A stretch of DNA of 64,000 nt from Callorhinchus milii (taxonomy: Eukaryota), in assembly GCF_018977255.1 (NCBI RefSeq), contig NW_024704742.1:72914001-72978000 (forward strand), given 5' to 3'. Shown piece by piece: positions 52,750 to 64,000 of this stretch (positions are counted from its first letter, which is position 1; each line of letters begins with the position of its first letter). Made by a program: the position numbers and the translations under genes. Below the pieces are notes generated by a model. It made no database searches and was not told the DNA's origin. It saw only the letters and a list, made by a program, of their open reading frames with translations.

Positions 52750-53024
52750 CATGAGGGCTGGTTTGCTTTTTTTGTATGCCTCTTGATTTATCGTCAGGCA
52801 GAAGTGAACAAAATAGAGCAGCCACCTCTTCTCCATGGAGTTCAATGATGTCCAGTATCACTCGGACTTTCTTTCTTGGTCCATTCGTGTACTTCACATT
52901 TTCATATTCATCCTTTGAAACTAACTGCTGTTGTAGAGCTTTGTCCAATAGCCAGTCTATTACCGTCTCCAGGTCATCAATAAGCTTAACTCGGTTTATC
53001 CTTAGAAACTGGATGGAGGAGATC
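52750..53024 (-). CDS. NLR gene CARD exon (phase 2 to 1), ISSIQFLRINRVKLIDDLETVIDWLLDKALQQQLVSKDEYENVKYTNGPRKKVRVILDIIELHGEEVAALFCSLLPDDKSRGIQKKQTSPH
   Basis: Acceptor tttgtag and donor g|gtaagt, 91 open codons. Shows the CARD pattern FLR.NR..LI...LLD..L...VS.DEYE......KVR.ILD.....GEE...F..LL. Confidence 0.9.
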
Positions 53025-53914
53025 CTACAAACCCAGAATTATTTTACTCAGAAATTAAACTGCATTGAATTTTATTCTGATAACCACTGTTACTATAGAT
53101 ATTCTGATATGCATCAATCGCTAAACGTAAGGACATGTATTCCTTGTTTTAATGGACCTATCGAAAAATTAAAAACTGTTTTTGTTTGACTACCGTAACA
53201 GATTACAGAAATGGTTGGACAAGTGGCAGCTGCAGTCTAACACAGGTTTATGCAAAAAAAAATTTGTCTGCTAGGTGTCTTACAAATATAGTAAGAGAAT
53301 CCAAGCCAGACTGAGAGTTCATAATATTGTAATGTCAACTACATTTATCTGTAATGGAATGTACACACTCTTCTCAGTGGAATATTTACCTAATTCTAGA
53401 ATATAAAGCCCAGGTTAGCAATAACCAAGAGTTGGGGATCAAAGAGTATGCACTAGTTTGAGCTTTACCAGCGAGTTTGTAATTTCCACTAACTAGTAAG
53501 CTTCCTGTTGTATGTCCAGCTAGAACCACTGTATCCATGACAGCGTTCACTTCAGGAGGATGTCTCAAAGCAACAGTACTTGTCTTTTGAGATCATCAGA
53601 ACAGCACTACACCCAGAACACAGATGACATTTCAAAGAGCTTCACAGGATTTACTGTAAAGTGTAGTGACTCTATTTTGTAGGGAAATACAGCAGTCAAT
53701 TTGCACACAGCATTGTCCCATAAATAGCCATGAGGTGAATAACCCAATTTTAACTGGTGGATTGTTGGTCAGAACACTGGCTTCCCNTTTTTAATAGTGC
53801 TATGGGATCTTTGGAGTCCACCACAACATCACAGTTAATTCCTAAAAAGTGAATGCAATGTTCCTCTTCCTTTGTTTTTCAGCCCCAACACAAATCCTAC
53901 TTCACATTGCTTCA

Positions 53915-54228
53915 TCCTGTAGCTCAGTGGTTAGAGCACTTGCTTTGCAAGCGAGAGACCTGAGTTCAATTCCAGGCAGGGCGAAACCTTGGGCAAGTTT
54001 CCTTACTCCACACGCCTAATAATAATCCCTCCAAAACAAAAAATAATAATAAATTGGTCATCTTCAATCTACGACTGTTTGTGGGACACTGCTATGCGCA
54101 ATTGGCTGCCACGTTCGCCCACAAATATACAGTCAATTCACTTTACAGTTTATTCTGTGAAGCGCTTTGGGACGTCTAGAAGACGTGAAAAGCGTTATAT
54201 CAAATGCAAGGATTATTATTATTATTAT
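53915..54228 (+). mobile_element. Young tRNA(Ala)-like Deu-domain SINE in the NLR 5' intron
   Basis: tcctgtagctcagtggttagagcacttgctttgcaagcgagagacctgagttcaattcc head with an (att)n tail. Confidence 0.9.
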
Positions 54229-54810
54229 CCTTCCTTCATTCCCCTTTCCCAGCATCTAGCCCTGTCACTGTAAAGAGTTCCAAGACCTTATCCTATGTGA
54301 AGAGCACTATATAAATGCAAGTTGTTGTTACTCTGAGTAATAAAATCGTTCAGCTCCAAAATGTGCTGAGATAAATTGTTCATATAAAGACTAATTCAGA
54401 GAGCAATGCAGGGAAATATTCAAAACCAGTTCACAAATAAAGTTAAAATATACTGTATACAGTTTTGCAAGACTTAAACTGTGGGATAGTGGAACAAATT
54501 CCACAGCATCTATTCGGCTAAAGAGAAAAGCTCTTAGAAAAAGTCCAGCTGAAGTTTAGCTCTGCATCCTATTTGAAAGGATCAAAACTGTTTTTCAAGT
54601 TTCACTGACCTGGTCATGAGACAAAAAGGGAACTATGAAAATTGTTACTTCTTGTCTAAAGATATATCTTCCATTTAGAGAAGTTCTGGTTTTATTTTAT
54701 ATAAAAACACAAGTTTTTAAAAACTTTTATTTGAAAACACATGTAAATTGAGTAAATGTACAGCTGCCAAGCCCCAGCCCACAGGTTTCGGCAGGTGCGG
54801 TGACACTTAC

Positions 54811-54875
54811 TTGTGTGTGACTGGAGTACAAGCTCTGTCCTGGGTTTCTCCCTGTCTCGGGCAGGGCGACCACAT
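54811..54875 (-). CDS. Candidate first coding segment of the NLR gene, MWSPCPRQGETQDRACTPVTH(K)
   Basis: ATG with A at -3 and strong donor aa|gtaagt. Ends in phase 2, matching the CARD exon. No homology support. Confidence 0.35.
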
Positions 54876-57800
54876 TGTGACCCTCGCAGTTGCACAGAAA
54901 TGTTGTTGTTGTGGAGATTGGCTACACCGGCTCCCGCTCGCTGCAATTGTCTCCGATCCTCCAGGATCTGCTCACACACACCTAACACATCAGACAGAGA
55001 AAGAGCCAGGCGCTGGCACCACAGGAGCAATCCTGCCTCCAGATTGGAAAGTTTTCTTCACTCAAACTCGGCACTTCCTGAGATTGTCTTTTGAGATCAT
55101 CAGAACAGCATTACACCTAGAACACATGATCAAATCTGTAATATGACTCAGTGCTTCTCTGTGGTGCACACGCTTTTGGACACAATTCAACATTTTAATT
55201 TAAAAAAAGGAAACCAGAGATTTTCTATGATACTTAATAATCCTTCCATCTGATAGAGTGCTACAAACGCTATTACAATGACTATTGCACCTTTCCAAAA
55301 GTCTCAAAGTCATTCACAATTAATTGATGTCAAATGTAGTGATTGTATGTGTTTGATATTGTATATTGTATAAAAGTGGCCAATTTGCATACTGGAAGAT
55401 CCCACAGACAGTCATGAAGTGAATTGCAATTTATGCACGCAGGTTAAACAGAACCTCGGTTTAACGTCTTACCCGTCTTACCCTTAAATGTGCACATTGC
55501 TACACTCTGGTAGAGAATGTCTCTAGCTCCTTAGAAACAAGTGACTACCTAGGATTTGAACAAGCGGCAGAAAGCAAAGTGCCCCCAGTCACAGAAATAA
55601 GTTGATAATTTATATAGAGGTGTTGCAAAAATGTTCATCAATCAAATACAATTTTATAAAATTGACATTTTATATTGTTAGAAGCTTTTATGAAATGTAT
55701 AGTAACAGTGCCATTCAAAAAGTAGAACTATTGTTAGAAGCGACCTTACTGTTCTTTGCATTTCATTTCAACTTCAATTGTACTATGCAATATAAATTAT
55801 AACAAAAATATACATTTATACTGCGCCTTTCACATCAGGAGGACGTCCCAAGCTGCTTGACCATTCTAGCGTGGCATCCAAATTGGGTGTGGGAGCTGAA
55901 ATGGGTGGGGAGGAGAAAACTGACTTAAAACAGATTCAAAGAGGAAATATTTGAGGGAGGGGAGGAGTTCGAGGGACTCTTGTGTGTTCCAGAGGCAAAT
56001 ACGCTGAAAACGAACCACTGATGGTAGGTAAGATGGGAGGAGTGAAGCAGGCAAGTACCCACTGAGGAGAGGGAGCAGCTGATGTATCCTCTACACTTGT
56101 GAAGTGGAGATAAACTTTAGATTAATTTACATTGCTTTGGTGTTCAGATAAACTGTTAAATTTTGGTTTGTGAGACTGCTTTTTCTCCCTTTAAAAAGCT
56201 AATATAATAACAATTCCTGCATTTGATACAATGCCTCATCATATCAAAAAGCACTTCACAGCATTTTCTGTAAAGTATAGTGACTGTATTTTTAAATGAA
56301 CAAAGCAAACCTGTTCCACAACAGTCATGTGAATGACCAGTGTTTTACCTGGAGGATTGTTGACCAGGACAGACTCCCTTAGATTAATGTTATGAGATCT
56401 TTAACATCCAGCTAAATAGTTGAGATGGAATAGTGGTTTAATGCACAGTATTGGCGTGTCAGCCTAGACTGTGAATTCAAAGTCCTGAAAGGTGGGACTC
56501 AGATCTCCAGTCTTCTGATTCAGAAGTGAGAATGTTGCCAACTGAGCCAGACTGACACCTTCACTTACCATACGTATGGCAGAAGTTGACATGATTAATT
56601 ACATACCTTCAGCATTACATTTGTTGCTTCCATGTTTTGCTGTCATTTAGCTTTAAGAAACTTTTTTTAGTTACTTTAAGATGACAATGTTATGACGATG
56701 GAGCTTTTGATTGTTTCACTTCTGTTCTTGAGATGATTTTCCTCCTTTTTTTAACAGTCTTATAGAATTGCACTGAATTTTTTATACCCTTCACAATTTT
56801 TTATTTCCATTATGTATTCATGTTTAGTTTATTACTGGTCAAGGCTTTATTGATGTTTGTTGGCCAGGCCTAACAAATACAAGGTGTCAGCCTGGCTCAG
56901 TTGGTAGCACTCTCGATTCTGAGGCAGAGGATTTGGGGTTCAAGCCCCATGTCGGGATTTTGAGCTCACATAATCCAGGATAACACTCCAATGCAGTGCT
57001 GCAGAAATGTTGGATTTGAAATGACATTTGAAATGTCAGATGTTTCATTAATGTTTCATAACATCAGAGATGTTAATGTGAGGTTCAGTCTGCCTATTCA
57101 GTTGGATGTTAAAAAGCCTTGGGTACTTTTCATAAAGAACAGGGAATGTTTCTATAAGTGTCCTGGCCATCAATCCCCCAAATAAAATTGGTCATTCACT
57201 TCATGGCTGTTTATGGGAAATTGCAGTACACAAATTGGCTGCCGCATTTGCCTACAAAACACTGTCATTGCACTGTACAATATATATCCTGGGAAGTGCT
57301 TTGGTATGTCCTCCCAATGCAAAAAGTGCTAGACCAAATGTAATGATTATTAAATACAATTGACATTGACACCTTAAATTGCACATCGAATTTGAAAGTT
57401 AATATTTTTAACAAGACATTGCTAAGATCACATGACTACAATATTGCATCTATCCCTGTAACAGCAGCACTTTAGGCTTCTCTCTGCACAACCTGTCTGT
57501 GCTCAAGCAAGTGAGTCTCAATTAAGGTTTAAGTGAGCAATCAGGTTAGTTACATTGGGGGTTGACAGCAAAAGGAAATAAATTTGAGCAGACTGCCTCC
57601 TTGTGGTCTCAGCTCAATCTTTCCCTGATATCCTACTTGAGATCACCAGATCTGCTGAAGGGGAACTCTAATTGCAAAACATCATGTCTTGGAATAATAC
57701 TGACAACAGGACTTCTCTTGGGTTTATGTTATTTTGTTCATAATGTTTTTGCTCTCCATGAAGAACAGCCAATGAATATATTCTAGATGGCTTAAAATTC

Positions 57801-60800
57801 TGTCTAGTTTAAGCCTGAAGGTCTATTTGTCCTTAAAATAATAATAATACGTACACTTGATATAGCACTTTTCACATCAGAAGGATGTCCCAAAGCACTT
57901 CTCAGGATATGTTATAAAGTGTGACTGTGTGTCTTGTAGGACAAAATGGCAGCAACAGCTAATTTGTGCATGTTAATGACCCACAAAATGTTATAGAAAT
58001 AAATGTTTAAAATCGAAGATTGTGCGGAATTTTTTAAAATCCTAAATTCACTTTTAATTAGGAAGCCAGTTTTCCATAGTTCTTCAAATAAACCAGCTCC
58101 CAAATTAAGACAGAATTTCAGACATTTCCAAAATTCTGCACATTCAGCAATTCTAACAACAACAACTTGCATTTATATAGCGTTTATCACAGCAGGTCGA
58201 GGGTTTGCACCTGAGCTGGGGGTTGGATTCGGGAGGGGTGGGGACCAAGGAGGTCTTTTAGACTATATGGGATTCAGGCCTGAGGTGAACAAGGAATTTA
58301 AATTTATTATTAATAATAATAATTATTATTATTATAATCCTTACATTTGGTGTAACATCTTGCCCATCAGGAGGATATCCCAAAGTACTTCACTGGATAT
58401 ATCATAAAGTTCAGTAATTATATTTTTGTGGGCAAATACAGCAGTTAATTTGCACACAGCAACATCGCACAAACAGCCATGAAGTGAGTAATCAATTTTA
58501 TTTGGGGGAATGTTGGCCAGGACACTGGGAGAAACTCCCTTCTTTTTCAAAGAAATGTAATTTAAGATGTACATGGCTATAAATTATTTTGTTTCCCTTC
58601 CAGCCAGTGTTGACTGGCAGTCAAGCTCTTGCTTTTTTACTCAGTAAATTGTACTCTCAGAAGTTAGCATTCAGCTTGAATATTTTGCTGGAGTTGAAAC
58701 GCTGTGCTCATGGTCAAGATAAGGAATACTGCTGGCAGAAAATCGGTATTCTCAATGCCAATTTCCAAATATGAAAAATAATTGTGGCAGCTAACTAAAC
58801 TCTTTACACCTGCAATTCACACTTCTCATGTGCCTGGAGAAAGACTAAAAACAAGATAGCTGTTACAATGTACTGAGCCTCACGACCACCTCTATCTGCA
58901 AATTATAAATTCTGAAAATGTATCCCTGTGAGAGCGTTTCATCTTCCTTATCTTTTTTCTTTTCTATATGAAAAGCTAATGCAGATAGCAGTGTCTGCCG
59001 GACAAGTCAACCCACTGCATAATCTCTTATCATTCAGAAGCAGAAAAATGTCTGCTTCCTTTAATGGGTAAGAGATTCATATGAAATGTTGATTCATGTC
59101 TTTCAGTGATTGTCTGCATTTTACAGTTTTCTTATCTATTGCACAGACATTATAAGCAAACGCATGAAGCCTTTTATCACCCTGTGATAACTATTGTACT
59201 TCCAGTTTTACATCTTTCTCTTCCTTTGACAAATTGATCTTCTCGTCTCCCTTGACAGTTCTCACCAGTTTGAGAAAAGATTTGCAAAATACGTCAAATC
59301 ATTTCTCTGTATAGTTGACAAAGGTCTGTGCTGGAGACTTTGATTAGTAGATAATGGTAATTGTGAATGGATTGCTTCCCTCCTGGTTCTACATTTTTTT
59401 ATGAAGATTTCAAATCCCATTCATATTGTTTTGTGCTCAGGATTTATTAGCGTCAACCATTAATTTCAAGTGAATGTCATATCATTGAGTACCTTGATCT
59501 ATTGTGATCCCCAAATCAAGTGATGTAAAGCTACCCTGAGTGAGAGTAATGATGAAACTTGAACCCCATTTGACCTTCATACACCTTCTACAGACTGTGA
59601 CTAAAATGTCTGTGATATTGCTAGCAGGAGTCACAATTCCTGCCTATAAATGGAGTGTGTCACGCCAATCAACAGCAACTCTGCAATAATAGGAGAACTT
59701 CTAAAAATGTAGGGAATGTTCTCAGTGATAATGCAATACAATACAAAATTATGTTTGTATAGCGCTTTTCACTTTCCCAAGGCGCTGGACAGATCAGGAA
59801 TTTGATTTGCACAGGTCTAGTGGCACAGATTGATAAACAATTTAAATTTGTCAACTGGAGGACAAGTTTGCAGGGCTATGGGGAGAGCGCGGGGGAGTGG
59901 GATTGATTTGGATAGCTCTTTTAAAAGAGCCAGCACAGACACGATGGGCCGAATGGCCTCCTTCTGTGTTGTATTATTCTATGATTCTATAATTCACTGA
60001 TTGTGACTATTTAGATAACAACGGGGCCTTCAGAAACATTGTACTATTGTACAAATTACAGAGTTGAACATCATCATTTTATAAATTTGATCAGTTTATG
60101 AGCTTTGCATTGTGAATACAGTATTTTCCTAATCCTTCGTGCAGATTCTAATGTGTGCTAATAATAAAATAATAATCCTTACATTTGATACAGCGCCTTT
60201 CAAGTCAGGAGGATGTCTCAAAGCTTCACTGGATATGCTGTAAAATGTAGTGAATGTATTCGGTGGAAGAACCAGCAGTCAATTTGTGCACAGCAATGTC
60301 CCACAAATGGCCATGAAACAAATGACTAATTTTATCTAGGAGGTTGCTGGCCAAGAGCTGGGAGAATAGTGCCATGGGGTTTTTAATGTTCTCTTGACCT
60401 CTTATAATGTGAGATACTCAAGTGCTGTTTTGGAGTGTCATCTTAGAATATATGAGTTCCAAGTCCCAATGCAAGAGTGCTGAGGGGAGAGTGCTGCCAA
60501 CTGAGCCAGGCTGATATGTATTGTTCTTCTATCTGAAGAAACAAATTATGACTTTGCGGTACTCTTAATAATAATAATCCTTGCATTTGACATAGCGCCT
60601 TATCGTGACTTTGAGATGTCTCAAAACGCTTCACGGAATATACTGTAAAGTGAATTGACTGTAAATTTTGTGGATTCTGGAAAATCCCTACCCACCTTAT
60701 GATAGGGCCAGAATAATTCATCAGCTCTTCTGCATTCACTGTGCATGTACATGTGCAGGAAGTAATGTTGACGGCGTGGACCTGGGAATCAGTCATTTTT

Positions 60801-62049
60801 TAGCACAAGAGCCAACCAACGGGCGGAAGCGAACCGCTGACTATACGCATACGTAATAATTGTGATCTGCACTCCATGTAAGCTATAAGCAAGCCCACAT
60901 TACATCAAAAGCAAATCCACATTACATCAAACCAAGTTATAATATTGTCTAAGAAAAGAAGCATCATACTTGTCTATAGTTGACTACCTCATCCAAAGTA
61001 TATTTGTCTCCTGTCAAAATCTCCTGTTCTCTGACAGTTTAATTTACTGTCTTCAGTTTCACAAAGTCTGTTGTATTTTATTAAAACATTTTAATAAAAA
61101 AAACTCTTGGCCACAAAACTGAATTAGAGTTAATCCAAAACCAATTGAACTGCATGACTCTTCAAATTCAGTAATTCAACCCAGTTGAAGCATTGAATTT
61201 AAAGTGAAATTGTAGAAATAAATCAGTTAAAAGGTGGAAATGAGCCATTTAACTTTTCTGAATGACTCAAGATTATTTAATCAGTATTAAATTTGTAATA
61301 GTAAATGATGTGGTCTCTATCCAGAAATGCTTTCCTCCACCTCTGCCCCATTGCCTGCCGCTGACCATACCTCACCCTCAGTGCAGCTCCTCTACTCACC
61401 CCTTTACTTAGCTAACTTGGGCCTTCTGCACGTTCCTCAACTTTAACACTCCCCAATCAGCAGCCGTGCTTTCAGCTACTATGCCCCGATCCTCTGGAAC
61501 TCCCTGCCTCAATCCCTCCACCTTGCCCCCTCTTTACCCGTCTTCAGATCACACCCAACGGTTTTCCTCTTTGACCGTGACTGTGGTCACCTCCCCTTTA
61601 TCCCCGCTTAGTCTCAAATTTTGCCATTGTTAAGCACTCTAAAATGCTACCTTGTGTGAAAGGCACTATCAGTGGAAGACTGGCTCCCTGAAAGGGCTCT
61701 GGGATTTTCAGGTAAAATGGGGGCGCCAATTTGTGGGGGCACCAATACAGCATAAAACCCTACACATTTAAAACTTTGTCAGGGTTTAAATAGGAGGGTG
61801 GGACCCGGGCAGTAATTGCCTATCGTACCTGTCGCTCATCAACGTGGGCAGGGCTCTGGGCAGTGATTGGCTGGTCCAAGCTGTCATTCAGCCAGTTGAC
61901 AGGCTCCGAGGTGGTAAGTATTGGGAGCCAATCACAAGGGTGGTCGGGAACCATTCACTTGGGAAATGTTCCTATTTCCCATATAACCCAACATTATATA
62001 AATCCAAGTTGTTGTGTGCAATTAATTTATTAAAGATTGTTAAATCATA

Positions 62050-62700
62050 CATTCATGTTCATTAGTACAGTAATCAAAAAGGCGAATGGACTGTTGGCAT
62101 TTATTTCAAGCGGCCTGGAATGCAAAGTGGAAGAAATGATGCTTAAGTGGTGCCCAAAACTGAACACAGTCTCCATTTGGAGACTGTGTTCAGTTTTGGG
62201 CACCACACCTCAGGAAAGATATGTTGACCCTGGAGGAGGTGCAGCACAGGTTCACCAGAATGTTACCAGGCCTAAAAGGCTTAAGTTACGAGGAAAGGCT
62301 GCATAAACTTGGATTGTATTCCTTTGAGTTTAGAAGGTTGAGGGATGATTTGATCGAGGTATTTAAGATGATAAAGGCATTTGATAGGGTAGATACAGAG
62401 AAACTATTTCCTCTGCTGGGGGAATCCAAAACAAAGTGCATAGTCTTCAGATTAGAACCAGGCCATTTAAGAGTGAAATCAGGAAATATCTTTTCACTCA
62501 AAAGGTGACAGAAATCTGGAATTCTCTCCCCCAAAAGGTTGTGGATGGACAGATTTTTGGTAGGTCAGGGTGTTAAGGGATATGGGGAGAAAGCGGGAAA
62601 TTGGAATTGAAAGGATTGGTTGAGGTACAAATCAGCCATGATCTATTTAACTGGTGGAACAGGCTTGAAGGGCTGAATGGCCACCTCCTGTTCCTATGTT
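62050..62700 (+). mobile_element. CR1-clade LINE ORF2 C-terminus and 3'UTR
   Basis: LEEVQHRFTRMLPGLKGLSYEERLHKLGLYSFEFRRLRDDLIEVFK with tail cctcctgttcctatgtt. Confidence 0.92.
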
Positions 62701-62872
62701 CATATTACATGATTTTATCATCTGTACATCAATATTCATGAATGTTGCACAATACAGCACACAGACTGCAGATTGACAGTACATTGAGGGGCTGGGATTA
62801 TACCATGAAGTTTGAGCCTGGTTTATCACACTGATTTGACCTCTGAGATAGTCTCTTAGATTGAAACCATAG

Positions 62873-64000
62873 AACAACAACAACAACAAGATTCCATTTA
62901 TAGAGCGCCTTTCACGTCGGGAGGACGTCCCAAGGCGCTGGACAGTTGGGTCAGGACCCAAGCAGGGGGGAAATGGTCAGGGGGAGGGAAGGGAGGGAGC
63001 GAGGAGGGGGTAGAGAGTCGAGAGGGGAGCTGAAGGCACGGTTGAAGAGAAAGGTCTTGAGACCGACCTTGAAGGAGGAAAGGGAGGAGGCGGCGAAGGC
63101 ACTGGGGGATGGAGTTCCAGAGCCTCGGGGCTGAGAGGCTGAAGGCCCGGCCACTGATGGTAGGGCGGTTGGGGCGGGGGATGTGGAGCAGACTGGAGCC
63201 AGAGGAACGGAGGGTACGGGCAGGTAAGTAGGGGGATAGTAGGTCGGAGAGGTAGGAGGGAGCGAGGCCGTGAATGGCCTTGTAGGTGAGGATGAGGATC
63301 TTGAATTCGATCCTCTGGGGGATGGGGAGCCAGTGGAGGCGAGCGAGGGTGGGAGTGATGTGGTCGCGGTGCCTGGTGCGGGACAGTACACGAGCTGCAG
63401 AGTTCTGAATGACCTGCAGCTTGTGGAGGGAGGTGCCGGGAAGGCCGGTGAGGAGAGAGTTCCCATAGTCCAGCCTTGAGGTGATAAAGGTGTGGACCAG
63501 AGTTTCAGCCGCGTGAGGGGTGAGGTAGTGCCGTAGTCTGGCGATATTCCAGAGGTGATGGAAGGCGGTGCCAGTTGTGGCGCGGATATGAGGGAGAAAG
63601 GACAGCTCACGGTCGAACAGAACACCGAGGTTCCTGACTGGCTTTGAGAGGTGTGGAGTCCTGTAGCTCAGTGGTTAGAGCACTCGCTTTGCAAGCAAGA
63701 GACCTGAGTTCAATTCCAGGCAGAGGGTGAAACCTTGGGCAAGTTTCCTTACTCCACAAAGAGCCTAATAATAATAATCCCTCCAAAACCCAAAAACAAT
63801 AATAAATTGGTCATTTTCAATCTACGACTCTTTGTGGGACATTGATGTGCGCAATTGGCTGCCGCGTTCGCCCACAAATATACAGTCAATTCACTTTACA
63901 GTGTGTTCTGTGAAGCACTTTGAGACGTGAAAAGTGCTACATCAAATGCAAGGATTATTATTATTATTATTATAGTGCAGCCTTGGATGCTGATGCTGTC
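62873..64000 (-). mobile_element. Young L2 LINE interrupted by a SINE, continuing past the window end
   Basis: Nearly identical to 41960-42470, with a (caa)n tail at ~62873. Confidence 0.93.
63650..63973 (+). mobile_element. Young tRNA(Ala)-like Deu-domain SINE nested in the L2
   Basis: Anticodon arm ctcgc-tttgcaa-gcaag. The L2 sequence gagaggtg...agtgcagcc resumes on both sides. Confidence 0.92.

Noticed and set aside
53915..53985. tRNA-Ala(TGC)-like sequence (also at 63657, 34330, 29688 and 22445-22513)
   Set aside because: It continues into a shared SINE body and (att)n tail, so it is a SINE head rather than a tRNA gene.
54692..55030. ORF containing GLLLWCQR (calponin-homology-like, or a decayed second CARD)
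   Set aside because: The similarity is limited to a few residues, there is an upstream in-frame stop, and the frame is phase-incompatible with the CARD exon.

Overview
Repeat-rich vertebrate genomic DNA, most likely from a cartilaginous fish. This is inferred from the L2/CR1 LINEs, Deu-domain tRNA SINEs and a Penelope-type element. Two spliced genes converge. On the + strand is the 3' half of BANK1: 8 coding exons from 871 to 37321, all joining in phase, plus a probable 3'UTR exon from 38274. On the - strand is a CARD-NACHT-LRR (NLR) gene spanning about 54875 to 43385. The main observation is that all seven disabling lesions I found in the NLR (including Walker A Lys to TAA) lie in the 5' ~790 nt of the NACHT exon, directly upstream of a strong, phase-compatible internal 3' splice site at 51529/51528. 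The CARD exon, the rest of that exon, three LRR exons and the terminal exon remain open. The NACHT ATPase may therefore have been intronized, leaving a ~430-aa CARD-HD2-LRR protein with no ATPase. Other points are a Penelope-type insertion with a 14-bp TSD and a minimal hammerhead ribozyme motif, a TIR-bounded MITE-like element, a ~330-bp intronic inverted repeat, inverted L2 pairs around exons, and a possible decayed gene upstream of the NLR. All alignments and translations were done by eye; repeat boundaries are approximate.
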